Below, piece by piece: positions 27,254-36,203 of a stretch of 62,238 bases of DNA; positions within the stretch are counted from its first letter, which is position 1; each line of letters opens with the position of its first letter. This stretch comes from an uncultured Rikenella sp. (GTDB lineage Bacteria; Bacteroidota; Bacteroidia; Bacteroidales; VadinHA17): positions 25,942 to 88,179 of the forward strand of contig CAYPKP010000006.1 in NCBI GenBank assembly GCA_964411345.1, given 5' to 3'. The translations under genes were made by a program, and so were the position numbers. A model generated the notes under the pieces. It had not been told where the DNA came from. It ran no database searches and was given only the letters and a program-made list of their open reading frames with translations.

Positions 27254-28298
27254 GAAGCGCATCTGGGCCGAGTACCAGAAGGAGATACCGGACGACCACT
27301 TCTTCTACGTCAGGTCTTGCATCCGGCAGACATTCTATGCCGGGTCGGAACAGTATTTCCTGAAGATCCTCCGGGAGGACCTGGGCAAGGATGTCTTCGA
27401 GGACCCGCGTCACACCACCTGCACCGGCATCGGGTATCACGGTGACGTGGTGCCCTTTGAGACTATCCAGACGGTGGTGGCGCGTCATTTTGCGCTGGCC
27501 ACCGAGGCCGGGTACAGGCATATTGCCATCTCGTGCGTCACCTCTTTCGGCATCTACTCTGAGATACTGGAGACCTGGAAACACTTTCCTGAAACCCTGG
27601 CCCGCACGCGTGAGGATCTCTACAAAGCCACGGGCCGCACCTTTGAGGTGCCTGAGACCATTTCGCATACCAGTGACATAATATATAAATTCAGGGATGA
27701 GATAGCCCGCAAGGCGAAGTACAACCTTGTCGACATCAAAACCGGCAAACCCCTGAAGGTGGTGGAGCACATCGGCTGTCACTATTCAAAGATGTTTCCG
27801 AAGTACGGCGTCGGCGGGGCCGAATTCCCCCATGTCCTGATAGGCATGATAGAGGCATGGGGCGGAGATGTCATTGACTACCCGGAGCGGCGTCACTGCT
27901 GCGGCTTCGGCTTCAGGCAGTACCTGGTGCAGGCCAACAGGGGATATTCCCTCTTTGCCTCACGCAAGAAGTTCGAGTCGATGGAGCCATATCAGCCTGA
28001 TCTCATCATTGCCAACTGTCCGGGATGCACCATGTTCATGGACCGCTGGCAGTATACAATAAAGGAGATTGACGGCATCACTTACGGTGCTGACGGCCAG
28101 GGAATACCAGTCCTGACCTATGAGGAGGTAGCCGGGCTGGTGCTTGGCTACGATCCCTGGGATATGGGTCTCCAGTACCACAATGTGCAGTCGTTGCCTC
28201 TGCTTCGCAGGATGGGTATCAAGGCTGATCCGGCACGTCGTTTTTTGGCAAAGGACGGCACTCCGTTGCCCGAGCCTGCCAATCTTATCAACGGATGA
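27237..28298 (+). CDS. hdrB: HdrB-like CCG-domain protein
   Basis: C-terminal HIGC-X39-CCG-...-CPGC, PVLTYEEVAGLVLG; N-terminal CCG motif degenerate. Confidence 0.82.
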   Translation: MKPEGKKRIWAEYQKEIPDDHFFYVRSCIRQTFYAGSEQYFLKILREDLGKDVFEDPRHTTCTGIGYHGDVVPFETIQTVVARHFALATEAGYRHIAISCVTSFGIYSEILETWKHFPETLARTREDLYKATGRTFEVPETISHTSDIIYKFRDEIARKAKYNLVDIKTGKPLKVVEHIGCHYSKMFPKYGVGGAEFPHVLIGMIEAWGGDVIDYPERRHCCGFGFRQYLVQANRGYSLFASRKKFESMEPYQPDLIIANCPGCTMFMDRWQYTIKEIDGITYGADGQGIPVLTYEEVAGLVLGYDPWDMGLQYHNVQSLPLLRRMGIKADPARRFLAKDGTPLPEPANLING

Positions 28299-29326
28299 AG
28301 GAGAAGAAAAAGCATGTAATTGTAGCCGGTGGCGGTGTGGCTGGCATGGAAGCCGCAGGGTCGCTGGCAGAGATGGGCATCAGGGTTACCCTTGTTGAAA
28401 GGGGGGAGGATCCCGGCGGCCACGTCCTGCAGTGGCACGCGCTGTTCCCCGGACGCAGGCCGGCGGAGGAGGTAAGGAAGTATCTCCGGAAGAGGATCGC
28501 CCATGAGAACATAAATGTAATCACCAGGACCACAGTTGAAAAAGTCAGGCATCATGGCCATGAGATAATAGCAGATCTCTCCGGTGGCACACAGGAGAGG
28601 GCTGATGCCCTCATCGTGGCAACCGGCTTTGACCTCTTTGATGCCCACCGTAAGGAGGAGTACGGATACGGTATATATGACAACGTAATCACCTCGGCTG
28701 ATCTCGAGGAGATGTTCAACAGGAAGAGGGTTGTCAGGGCTGACGGCTCCGTCCCCTCGCGTATCGGCTTCATTCACTGCGTGGGCTCGCGCGATGAGAA
28801 GGTAAACAACAATCACTGCTCGAAAGTATGCTGCGTCACGGCCGTCAAGCAGGCCATAGAGGTGCGCAAGCTTCTTCCGGAATCTGAGGTCTTCTGTTTC
28901 TACATGGACATGAGGATGTTTGGTCCGTATTATGAAGAGCTCTACCGTGAATCACAGGAGAAGCATAACGTCAACTACATCAGGGGCAAGGTCTCCGAAG
29001 CCTCTGTAAACATTAACAACAGGCTGGTTATCAAGGTTGAAGACACCCTTGCGGGGCGGCCCCTGAAGATGGAGCTCGACCTGATGGTGCTGATGGTGGG
29101 CATGGAAATGTCGAAGCCGGGGGCACGGCTGGCGGAGGCGTCGGGACTGGTCACAGGCATCAACAGGTTCCTTGAGTCTGCTGACCATCACTACGGAAGC
29201 AACAGGAGTGGCGTGTCAGGTATTTTTTATGCCGGCACATGCACTGCTCCCATGAACATCACGGACACAATTTCACATTCGCGTGCGGCTGTGGAAGAAA
29301 CGATAAGATATCTCGCCGGCAAATGA
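28295..29326 (+). CDS. hdrA: Short HdrA-like FAD/[4Fe-4S] protein
   Basis: VAGGGVAG, ATGFDLFDA..KEEYGYG.YDNVIT, HCVGSRD, HCSKVCC, MDMRMFG..YEELY, YIRGK. Confidence 0.85.
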   Translation: MKEKKKHVIVAGGGVAGMEAAGSLAEMGIRVTLVERGEDPGGHVLQWHALFPGRRPAEEVRKYLRKRIAHENINVITRTTVEKVRHHGHEIIADLSGGTQERADALIVATGFDLFDAHRKEEYGYGIYDNVITSADLEEMFNRKRVVRADGSVPSRIGFIHCVGSRDEKVNNNHCSKVCCVTAVKQAIEVRKLLPESEVFCFYMDMRMFGPYYEELYRESQEKHNVNYIRGKVSEASVNINNRLVIKVEDTLAGRPLKMELDLMVLMVGMEMSKPGARLAEASGLVTGINRFLESADHHYGSNRSGVSGIFYAGTCTAPMNITDTISHSRAAVEETIRYLAGK

Positions 29327-29682
29327 GTGAACAAAGTGCAAACAGGTTCGGATTCGCCATTAACCGCAGCAGGGCCATCAACTATGACACCTCTGACCGA
29401 AAGGTCAGGGAGTATGTCACCAGGCGGGAGCCGAGCTTCAGGCTCTGTTTTGCCTGCGGAGGATGCACGGCCGCCTGTACTGCCGGGCAGCATGCCCCCT
29501 TCAACCTGAGAAGGATGAATACCTTAATCCGCCGTGGCGAGATAGACTCCCTTCGTGAGGAGGTGACGCGATGCATGCTGTGCGGCAAATGCCTGCTCGT
29601 CTGTCCTCGCGGTGTCAACACCCGGAATGTGGTTGCGGCGACAGCCGAAGCGTTACGAAAACTGGACAGAAATGAACTCTGA
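29323..29682 (+). CDS. Small HdrC-like 2x[4Fe-4S] protein
   Basis: CFACGGCTAAC and CMLCGKCLLVCPRGVNTR; ATGA overlap with hdrA. Confidence 0.8.
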   Translation: MSEQSANRFGFAINRSRAINYDTSDRKVREYVTRREPSFRLCFACGGCTAACTAGQHAPFNLRRMNTLIRRGEIDSLREEVTRCMLCGKCLLVCPRGVNTRNVVAATAEALRKLDRNEL

Positions 29683-31567
29683 AATATTTATCTGGCCGTT
29701 TAATCTGGGTCTCTATTTCATACTTATCTACAGTGTCGTAAGGAGCACCATATGGTTCCGTACCCTGTCGCGGGCAGACAAGCTGCGGCTGCAGCGCGGT
29801 TTCTTCGGCATGCCCTTCATGCAGAGCATCAGGGAGATATTCATGGAGAGCCTGCTGCATCGCCGGATCTTCAAAAAGAATCCTGTACTGGGTTACATGC
29901 ACATGAGTCTCGCTTTCGGCTGGTTCCTGCTGATAGTATTCGGTACCATTGAAGCAGACTTTTTCGGGGAGCGGCATCTTAATCCGCCCTCCCATGCCAT
30001 CTTCTTCCGCTGGTTCAATCCCGGACACGGCACATCCGGTCTGGCTGCCGTCTACGGTCACTGGATGGATTTCCTACTTGCCTTCATCCTGTCAGGACTG
30101 CTGCTGGCGATAGTCAAGAGGTTTATCCCCGGCATGATGGGCATGAAGAAGACTACCAGGCATACCTGGAGTGACCGCATAGCACTCACGAGCCTCTGGC
30201 TCATCTTCCCCTCGCGGCTGCTGGCGGAGAGCTTCACCTGCGGAGCCCACGGCAGCGGTGGCTTCCTCACCGGCAATCTCGGGGCTGCACTGGCATCCTT
30301 TCTTCCGGCAGCTGACATTGCCCCCTGGTTCTGGTGGCTCTACTCCCTCTCACTGGGAACTTTTTTCTTCCTTCTGCCGGTAACGCGCTACTTTCACATA
30401 CCCGTGGAGCTGCTCCTCATATTCATGCGCAACTCCGGCATCACCACAGCTGACCGGTGGTCTGCCTATACCGAGGTGCAGACCCACGCCTGTTCGTCAT
30501 GCGGCGTCTGCATCAGCGTCTGCCAGATGAGCCGGGCGGCAGGCATAAACGACATGCAGTCAGCTTACTTTATCAAAGGCCTGAGAAATGAAAGGGATAT
30601 AGCTGCAATAACGGCCAACTGCCTGATGTGCGGGCGTTGTGATGAGGTATGTCCCGTAGGTATTGAACTCGGCCCGCTGCGTCTTATTGAGAGGCGCCAG
30701 GGGGAGAGAGCGGCATCCAGGCTGAAATTCTTTGACAGATACGGGCTTATGCGGCAAAAGGAGCACATTGAGAGAGAGCCGACACAGTCATACTGCTACC
30801 TGAAGCCCGAGGAGGAACAGCCGGCAGATGTTCTCTTCTTTGCAGGCTGCATGACCCATCTGACCCCTTCGGTCATCGTTGCCATGAAAAAGATAATGGA
30901 CAGTGCAGGGGTGAGGTACCGTTTTATGGATGAGCAGGGCGGAGTCTGCTGCGGCAGGCCTCTGATGCTTGCCGGCAGGGACAGGGAGGCGCGGGAGCTT
31001 ATCAACCATAACTCCGACATCATCTGGAAGTCGGGAGCAAAGACCCTTGTTACCTCATGCCCCATCTGCTACAAGGTATTCAGGGAGAGCTATTACCTCG
31101 AGGCAGAGGTGATGCATCACTCCGAATTCATCAACCTCCTCATTGAGGAGGGGTCGTTGAGGCTGGGATACCTTCATCGCAGGGTAGTCTATCATGATCC
31201 CTGTGACCTTGGCCGCGGATCGGGCATATACGAGGAGCCGAGGTCCGTCATCAGTTATGTGGCGGAGCTTCAGCCGGTCCCGGAGGAGAAATCCATGTCG
31301 CTCTGCTGCGGAGGCAGCCTGGGAAACCTTACCCTCTCATCGGGAAAACGTTCCCTGATAGCTGCTGATGCTGCCGGAATCCTCACACGGTCGGATCCTG
31401 ACGCACTTATAACTGCCTGTCCCCTCTGCAAGAAAACCTTTGCGCAGGCCACTGAGACCAGGGTCAGTGATATCGCCGAACTGGTTGCCGCAGCCCTCCC
31501 TAAGCCAGCCAGGAAGAGCAGTAACCGGGCCTCACTCGCCGCCGTCAGGACGCTGGCTGGCAGTTGA
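29672..31567 (+). CDS. Membrane-bound HdrF/HdrED-like protein: TM domain + 2x[4Fe-4S] + two CCG domains
   Basis: About 6 hydrophobic helices with His residues; CSSCGVCISVC, CLMCGRCDEVCP; AGC..VCCG..SCPIC and HDPC..LCCGG..ACPLC. Confidence 0.82.
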   Translation: MNSEIFIWPFNLGLYFILIYSVVRSTIWFRTLSRADKLRLQRGFFGMPFMQSIREIFMESLLHRRIFKKNPVLGYMHMSLAFGWFLLIVFGTIEADFFGERHLNPPSHAIFFRWFNPGHGTSGLAAVYGHWMDFLLAFILSGLLLAIVKRFIPGMMGMKKTTRHTWSDRIALTSLWLIFPSRLLAESFTCGAHGSGGFLTGNLGAALASFLPAADIAPWFWWLYSLSLGTFFFLLPVTRYFHIPVELLLIFMRNSGITTADRWSAYTEVQTHACSSCGVCISVCQMSRAAGINDMQSAYFIKGLRNERDIAAITANCLMCGRCDEVCPVGIELGPLRLIERRQGERAASRLKFFDRYGLMRQKEHIEREPTQSYCYLKPEEEQPADVLFFAGCMTHLTPSVIVAMKKIMDSAGVRYRFMDEQGGVCCGRPLMLAGRDREARELINHNSDIIWKSGAKTLVTSCPICYKVFRESYYLEAEVMHHSEFINLLIEEGSLRLGYLHRRVVYHDPCDLGRGSGIYEEPRSVISYVAELQPVPEEKSMSLCCGGSLGNLTLSSGKRSLIAADAAGILTRSDPDALITACPLCKKTFAQATETRVSDIAELVAAALPKPARKSSNRASLAAVRTLAGS

Positions 31568-31707
31568 TAACTTTTTCTCACTTTTAATTAATTGATTATT
31601 TGACGTTTCATATATCAGGAAATTACATTTACTTTGAGGCTGTCTTTTCCGATTGAACATTGGAATGGTTTTTGTTGTTTTTTTTATGTTTCAAAAGGAC
31701 CCGTAGG

Positions 31708-32262
31708 ATGAAATCAATTATCAGGATAACAGGCGTATTTGCCTTTGCTGTGCTTATAGGCATGACCTCCTGCAACCAGGGGGGGTCATCGGCCGATGCC
31801 GGCAAACAGGGCAGGAGTGACAAGATAGCCCTGAACGACGGTGGGGTAGTTCTCAGGATAGAAGATGCTGATCTGCTCCAGGTAGATTACAATCCACAGT
31901 ATAACACTGCTGAGTGGCAGTTCACCGTTGAGGAACCCGGACGTTATGACGTCTGGCTCTCCAGTCTAACCTGCGACACTTCGCATCTCAGCTATGAGGA
32001 CAATGTCATCATCACAGCCGGAGACACCAGGCTGGCCAAGATGCCGGTGGGCGATCAGATCGTGAAGGATGACAAGAGTGTCACCAAGCCCTGGTACAGG
32101 GCCGATTCACATATGGGATCAATTTTTTTCAGCCAGCCGGGTGAATACCAGGTACAGGTTATCAGCGACAGGGTGGAGCCGCATCCCTCGGATGTATCCA
32201 GGCTGAGTGTCGACAAGCACACGCTTATAAGCTCAGTGATCCTGAAACCGAAAGTCAACTGA
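31708..32262 (+). CDS. Hypothetical lipoprotein, possible beta-sandwich/CBM-like
   Basis: Lipobox GMTSC; AEWQFTVEEPGRYDVWL segment; start at 31708. Confidence 0.6.
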   Translation: MKSIIRITGVFAFAVLIGMTSCNQGGSSADAGKQGRSDKIALNDGGVVLRIEDADLLQVDYNPQYNTAEWQFTVEEPGRYDVWLSSLTCDTSHLSYEDNVIITAGDTRLAKMPVGDQIVKDDKSVTKPWYRADSHMGSIFFSQPGEYQVQVISDRVEPHPSDVSRLSVDKHTLISSVILKPKVN

Positions 32263-32297
32263 CCGGATCCGGGGTCACCTGCTGGTAGCAGAAAATC

Positions 32298-35200
32298 CTA
32301 TCTTGCCACATCGGTTTTTTCTTCCACCCATTTCCTTGCATTGATAAAGGCCTGCATCCATGGTGTGACCTGGTCATTGAGTCTCTCTGACGGGTAGTAT
32401 GCGCACTGCCACGGAAAATATGCCCTTTCGAGGTGAGGCATCATGGCCAGGTGCCTGCCATCAGGCGAGCAGATTCCTGCTGTATCGTACATTGAGCCGT
32501 TAGGGTTGGCGGGATAGACGCTGCTGTTATACTTCATGGCTATGTTGTAGCTCTCCTCAGCTCCCGGAAAAACAAACCGTCCCTCTCCGTGCGCCACCCA
32601 AATGCCGAGCTGCATTCCCTCAAGCCCGGCGAGCATGACAGAGGCTGACGGAAGAATTCTCACCCCCAGGAAGTCAGATTCAAACTTGTGTGAGGCATTA
32701 TGATCCAGGCGCGGCATCTGACCTTCATCAGGGACAATAAGTCCCAGTTCAGCCATCAGCTGGCAGCCGTTGCAGACTCCGAGCGACAGGGTATCGTCCC
32801 TGCTGTAGAATTTCTCAAGTGCCAGGCGGGCCTTCTCATTGTACCTGAAGGCTCCGGCCCACCCTTTTGCTGATCCAAGCACGTCGGAGTTGGAAAACCC
32901 TCCCACGAAGACAATCATGTTGATCTCTTCCAGGGTCTCGCGCCCAGAGATCAGGTCAGTCATGTGCACATCCTTCACATCAAAACCGGCGAGCCAGAGT
33001 GCATAAGCCATCTCCCTGTCTCCGTTGACACCCTTCTCCCTGATAATGGCAGCTCTGACGCCGCTGACAGGCTTGCGGTCAGGTGTTATGCCCAGTGATG
33101 AGAAGCTGCCGCCAAAATCCTTGAGATCAAATTCAACTCTCTTGTTTCCGTGGTTCTCAAATCTCTCTCTTGCCAGCTCGTTGCCGCTCTGCCTCCTGTC
33201 GAGCAGGTATGAGCTGCGGTACCATGATGACCGGCATCCGTCAATGTCAAACTCAAAACGTGATTCACCGTTGGCTACAAAGATCTTCCTCTCTGCTACC
33301 GGGTGGCCTATGGAGAAAAAGCTGATCATCCTTTCGTACAGATACTCCTCTGCATCCATCTCATCAGATACCTGGATTATAACACCGGGGTTCTGGCTGT
33401 AGAGCATCCGAACAGTATCACGCTCACCGATCTCTGTCAGGTTCACTGCCAGGCCTCCTTCACGGTTTGCGAAGCACATCTCCAGAAGGGTGGTGATCAT
33501 TCCTCCGGCTGAGATATCATGGCCGGCGATGATCATTTTCCTGTCGATCATATCCTGCAGCGTCTCAAAGACCGTTGCGAAGTATTCCGGATCACTCACC
33601 CCGGGTGCGGTGGTGCCCGGGCTTCCCAGGATCTGTGACAGCGAGCTGCCGCCCAGGGCCGGACTCATCCTGCTCATGTCGATATAGAAGAGGGCTGTTG
33701 AGGGGTCATTACGCAGCACCGGTTCAACGATGCCGCGAATATCCTTCACCCCGGCGGCAGAGGTTATGATGACCGTCCCCGGACTGTAGACCACGCCATC
33801 AGGGTATTTCTGTGTCATGGAGAGGCTGTCCTTGCCCGTGGGGATATTTATGCCGAGGGCTATGGCAAAGTCGCTTGCCGCCCTGACGGCTTCATAGAGT
33901 CTGGCATCTTCGCCGGGGTTTTTGCATGGCCACATCCAGTTGGCTGAGAGGGAGACGCTCCTCAGTCCGTCGGCCAGCGGAGCCCATACAATGTTGGTAA
34001 GAGCTTCTGCTATTGAGAGCACGGAGCCTGCCGCCGCGCTGACAAGACCTGCTGCCGGCGCATGTCCCAGTGCCGTGGCCATGCCTCTTGTGCCGCGGTA
34101 GTCAAGTGCTATTGCTCCCAGATTGTTCAGTGGCAGCTGCAGCTCGCCGGCGCACTGCTGTTTTGCTATGCGGCCCGTGACGGAGCGGTCGACCTTATTG
34201 GTCAGCCAGTCCTTGCAGGCCACCTCCTCAAGCTGCAGCACGGCATCTATATACCTGACGGGATCTGACGGGTCATATGCCAGTTCACTGAACTGTATTT
34301 TCGTAGCGGTGTCCGTCATGACCGTCCGTGGCGGCTCTCCGAAGAAGTCGCTCAGCTGCAGGTCTATAGGCTTCTCTCCGGTGGCGGCGTTAAAGAATGT
34401 AAACTGGTTGTCGCCGGTCACCTCCCCGATGATATAGAGGGGGGCACGTTCACGTGCAGCAACTCCTGACAGTGTGTCCACATCGCCGGGTTTAATCACC
34501 AGGCCCATTCTCTCCTGGGATTCGTTGCCTATTATCTCCCGCGCCGAGAGGGTTGGGTCGCCCACCGGCAGCCTGGCGATGTCAACCTTGCCGCCTGTCT
34601 CCTCGACAAGCTCAGAGAGGCAGTTGAGGTGGCCGCCGGCACCGTGGTCGTGCAGCGATATCACCGGGTTGCCGTCGCTCTCCGTCATGGCGCGCAGTGC
34701 GTTGTAGACTCTCTTCTGCATTTCGGGGTTGGCGCGCTGTACTGCATTGAGTTCAATGGCGCTCTCGTAGGCGCCGGTATCTACTGACGATACTGCTCCG
34801 CCGCCCATTCCTATGCGGTAGTTGTCGCCACCCAGAAGCACTATCAGGTCACCCTTCCGAGGCCGGTCCTTTGTGCTGTCTCTCTTTTTCCCCAGCCCTA
34901 TGCCGCCGGCGAGCATGATAACCTTGTCATAACCGTAGCGTCGCATCTCTCCGAAGTGTTCAAAGGTCAGCAGTGACCCGCAGATGAGCGGCTGGCCGAA
35001 CTTGTTCCCGAAGTCGCTGGCTCCGTTGGAGGCTTTGATGAGTATCTCTTCCGGTGTCTGGTAGAGCCATTGACGGGGCTCTGTATGCCGTTCCCACTCC
35101 CTCGGCCCGTCAGGCCTGGGATAGGAGGTCATGTATACTGCCGTACCGGCTATGGGCATGGCCCCCTTGCCTCCTGCAATACGGTCGCGTATCTCACCGC

Positions 35201-36008
35201 CGGTGCCGGTGGAGGCCCCGTTGAAGGGCTCAACTGTCGTGGGGAAGTTATGGGTCTCGGCCTTGAGCGAGAGAACAGCATCGAAATCGCTCACCGCAAA
35301 CCAGTCAGGTTTATCCTGTGTGGCCGGCGCAAACTGCTCGGCATGCGGCCCGTCAAGAAAGGCACAGTTGTCACGGTAGGCCGAGGCTACATGGTTGGGA
35401 TTCTCCCGGGTGGTCTTTTTGATCAGGCTGAAGAGCGAGTGGGGATGCTCCTTCCCGTCAATGATGAAGGTGCCGTTGAATATCTTGTGCCGGCAGTGCT
35501 CGGAGTTGACCTGGGAGAAGCCGAAGACTTCACTGTCAGTAAGCTTTCTGCCAAGCCTCCGGCTCAGTTGCCGGAGATACTCTATCTCTTCGGTGCTTAA
35601 CGCCAGACCCTCACGGAGATTGTAGGCGGCAATGTCATCTATTTCCGTCACTGGCTCCGGTTCATGGTGAACGGTGAATATCTCCCGGTCAAGGCCGTGG
35701 TAGACCCTCTGCAGCATAGGATCGTGAAGGGGATTCTCCTCCTCTGCAGCAATGAACTCTTCCATCCGTGAGATGCCTGTTATGGCCATGTTCTGGGTTA
35801 TCTCCACGGCGTTGGTACTCCAGGGGGTTATCATCTCCCGCCGCGGGCCGATGAAGGTGCCCTCAACCGTGTCCATGCCTGTCGGGCTGGCATTGCCCAA
35901 CAGCCATGAGAGCCTGTCGGTCTCTCCGGCAGAGAGCTGCCTGTCTGCCTCGACGGCGACAATGTTTCCCGCGGAGGTTCTGAAGAAAAGTAGAGTCTTG
36001 CTGGTCAT
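32298..36008 (-). CDS. purL: Phosphoribosylformylglycinamidine synthase (large fused PurL)
   Basis: NSEHCRHKIFN, KAETHNFPT, GTGGEIRD, DHGAGG, GNESQERM, GVNGDREMA, GVCNGCQ, AHGEGR, MMPHLER. Confidence 0.97.
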   Translation of the reverse strand: MTSKTLLFFRTSAGNIVAVEADRQLSAGETDRLSWLLGNASPTGMDTVEGTFIGPRREMITPWSTNAVEITQNMAITGISRMEEFIAAEEENPLHDPMLQRVYHGLDREIFTVHHEPEPVTEIDDIAAYNLREGLALSTEEIEYLRQLSRRLGRKLTDSEVFGFSQVNSEHCRHKIFNGTFIIDGKEHPHSLFSLIKKTTRENPNHVASAYRDNCAFLDGPHAEQFAPATQDKPDWFAVSDFDAVLSLKAETHNFPTTVEPFNGASTGTGGEIRDRIAGGKGAMPIAGTAVYMTSYPRPDGPREWERHTEPRQWLYQTPEEILIKASNGASDFGNKFGQPLICGSLLTFEHFGEMRRYGYDKVIMLAGGIGLGKKRDSTKDRPRKGDLIVLLGGDNYRIGMGGGAVSSVDTGAYESAIELNAVQRANPEMQKRVYNALRAMTESDGNPVISLHDHGAGGHLNCLSELVEETGGKVDIARLPVGDPTLSAREIIGNESQERMGLVIKPGDVDTLSGVAARERAPLYIIGEVTGDNQFTFFNAATGEKPIDLQLSDFFGEPPRTVMTDTATKIQFSELAYDPSDPVRYIDAVLQLEEVACKDWLTNKVDRSVTGRIAKQQCAGELQLPLNNLGAIALDYRGTRGMATALGHAPAAGLVSAAAGSVLSIAEALTNIVWAPLADGLRSVSLSANWMWPCKNPGEDARLYEAVRAASDFAIALGINIPTGKDSLSMTQKYPDGVVYSPGTVIITSAAGVKDIRGIVEPVLRNDPSTALFYIDMSRMSPALGGSSLSQILGSPGTTAPGVSDPEYFATVFETLQDMIDRKMIIAGHDISAGGMITTLLEMCFANREGGLAVNLTEIGERDTVRMLYSQNPGVIIQVSDEMDAEEYLYERMISFFSIGHPVAERKIFVANGESRFEFDIDGCRSSWYRSSYLLDRRQSGNELARERFENHGNKRVEFDLKDFGGSFSSLGITPDRKPVSGVRAAIIREKGVNGDREMAYALWLAGFDVKDVHMTDLISGRETLEEINMIVFVGGFSNSDVLGSAKGWAGAFRYNEKARLALEKFYSRDDTLSLGVCNGCQLMAELGLIVPDEGQMPRLDHNASHKFESDFLGVRILPSASVMLAGLEGMQLGIWVAHGEGRFVFPGAEESYNIAMKYNSSVYPANPNGSMYDTAGICSPDGRHLAMMPHLERAYFPWQCAYYPSERLNDQVTPWMQAFINARKWVEEKTDVAR

Positions 36009-36063
36009 AATATGCTGATGGATAGGGTTATGGCGATTCAAGTGCTGCTTCTGCCGTCACCAT

Positions 36064-36071
36064 CAAAGATA
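36064..36071 (-). promoter_or_regulatory. -7 element (TATCTTTG) upstream of purL
   Basis: CAAAGATA on + strand, 55 nt upstream of the start. Confidence 0.45.
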
Positions 36072-36096
36072 ATAAAACAACTGTTGCGGCTTCGCC

Positions 36097-36141
36097 GAAA
36101 CAAGCACCTGGGGCAGAAACAATCACCTGGGGCAGAAACAA
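36097..36141. repeat. 19-bp-period direct repeat (~2.4 copies) upstream of the purL promoter
   Basis: CACCTGGGGCAGAAACAA at 36105 and 36124; GAAACAA also at 36097. Confidence 0.85.
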
Positions 36142-36203
36142 AACCTCCCTCATGATAAATGCTATCCGCCGGGTGACACAGTGACGCTCCTCACTGCTCA
36201 GAT

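Noticed and set aside
26504-31567. Evidence for methanogenesis or sulfate reduction
   Set aside because: Hdr-like genes are widespread in other anaerobes; there are no mcr, CoM/CoB, dsr or qmo context genes, and the host is Bacteroidota
36009-36203. Purine or ZTP riboswitch upstream of purL
   Set aside because: No recognisable aptamer consensus, and only ~55 nt lie between the -7 element and the start
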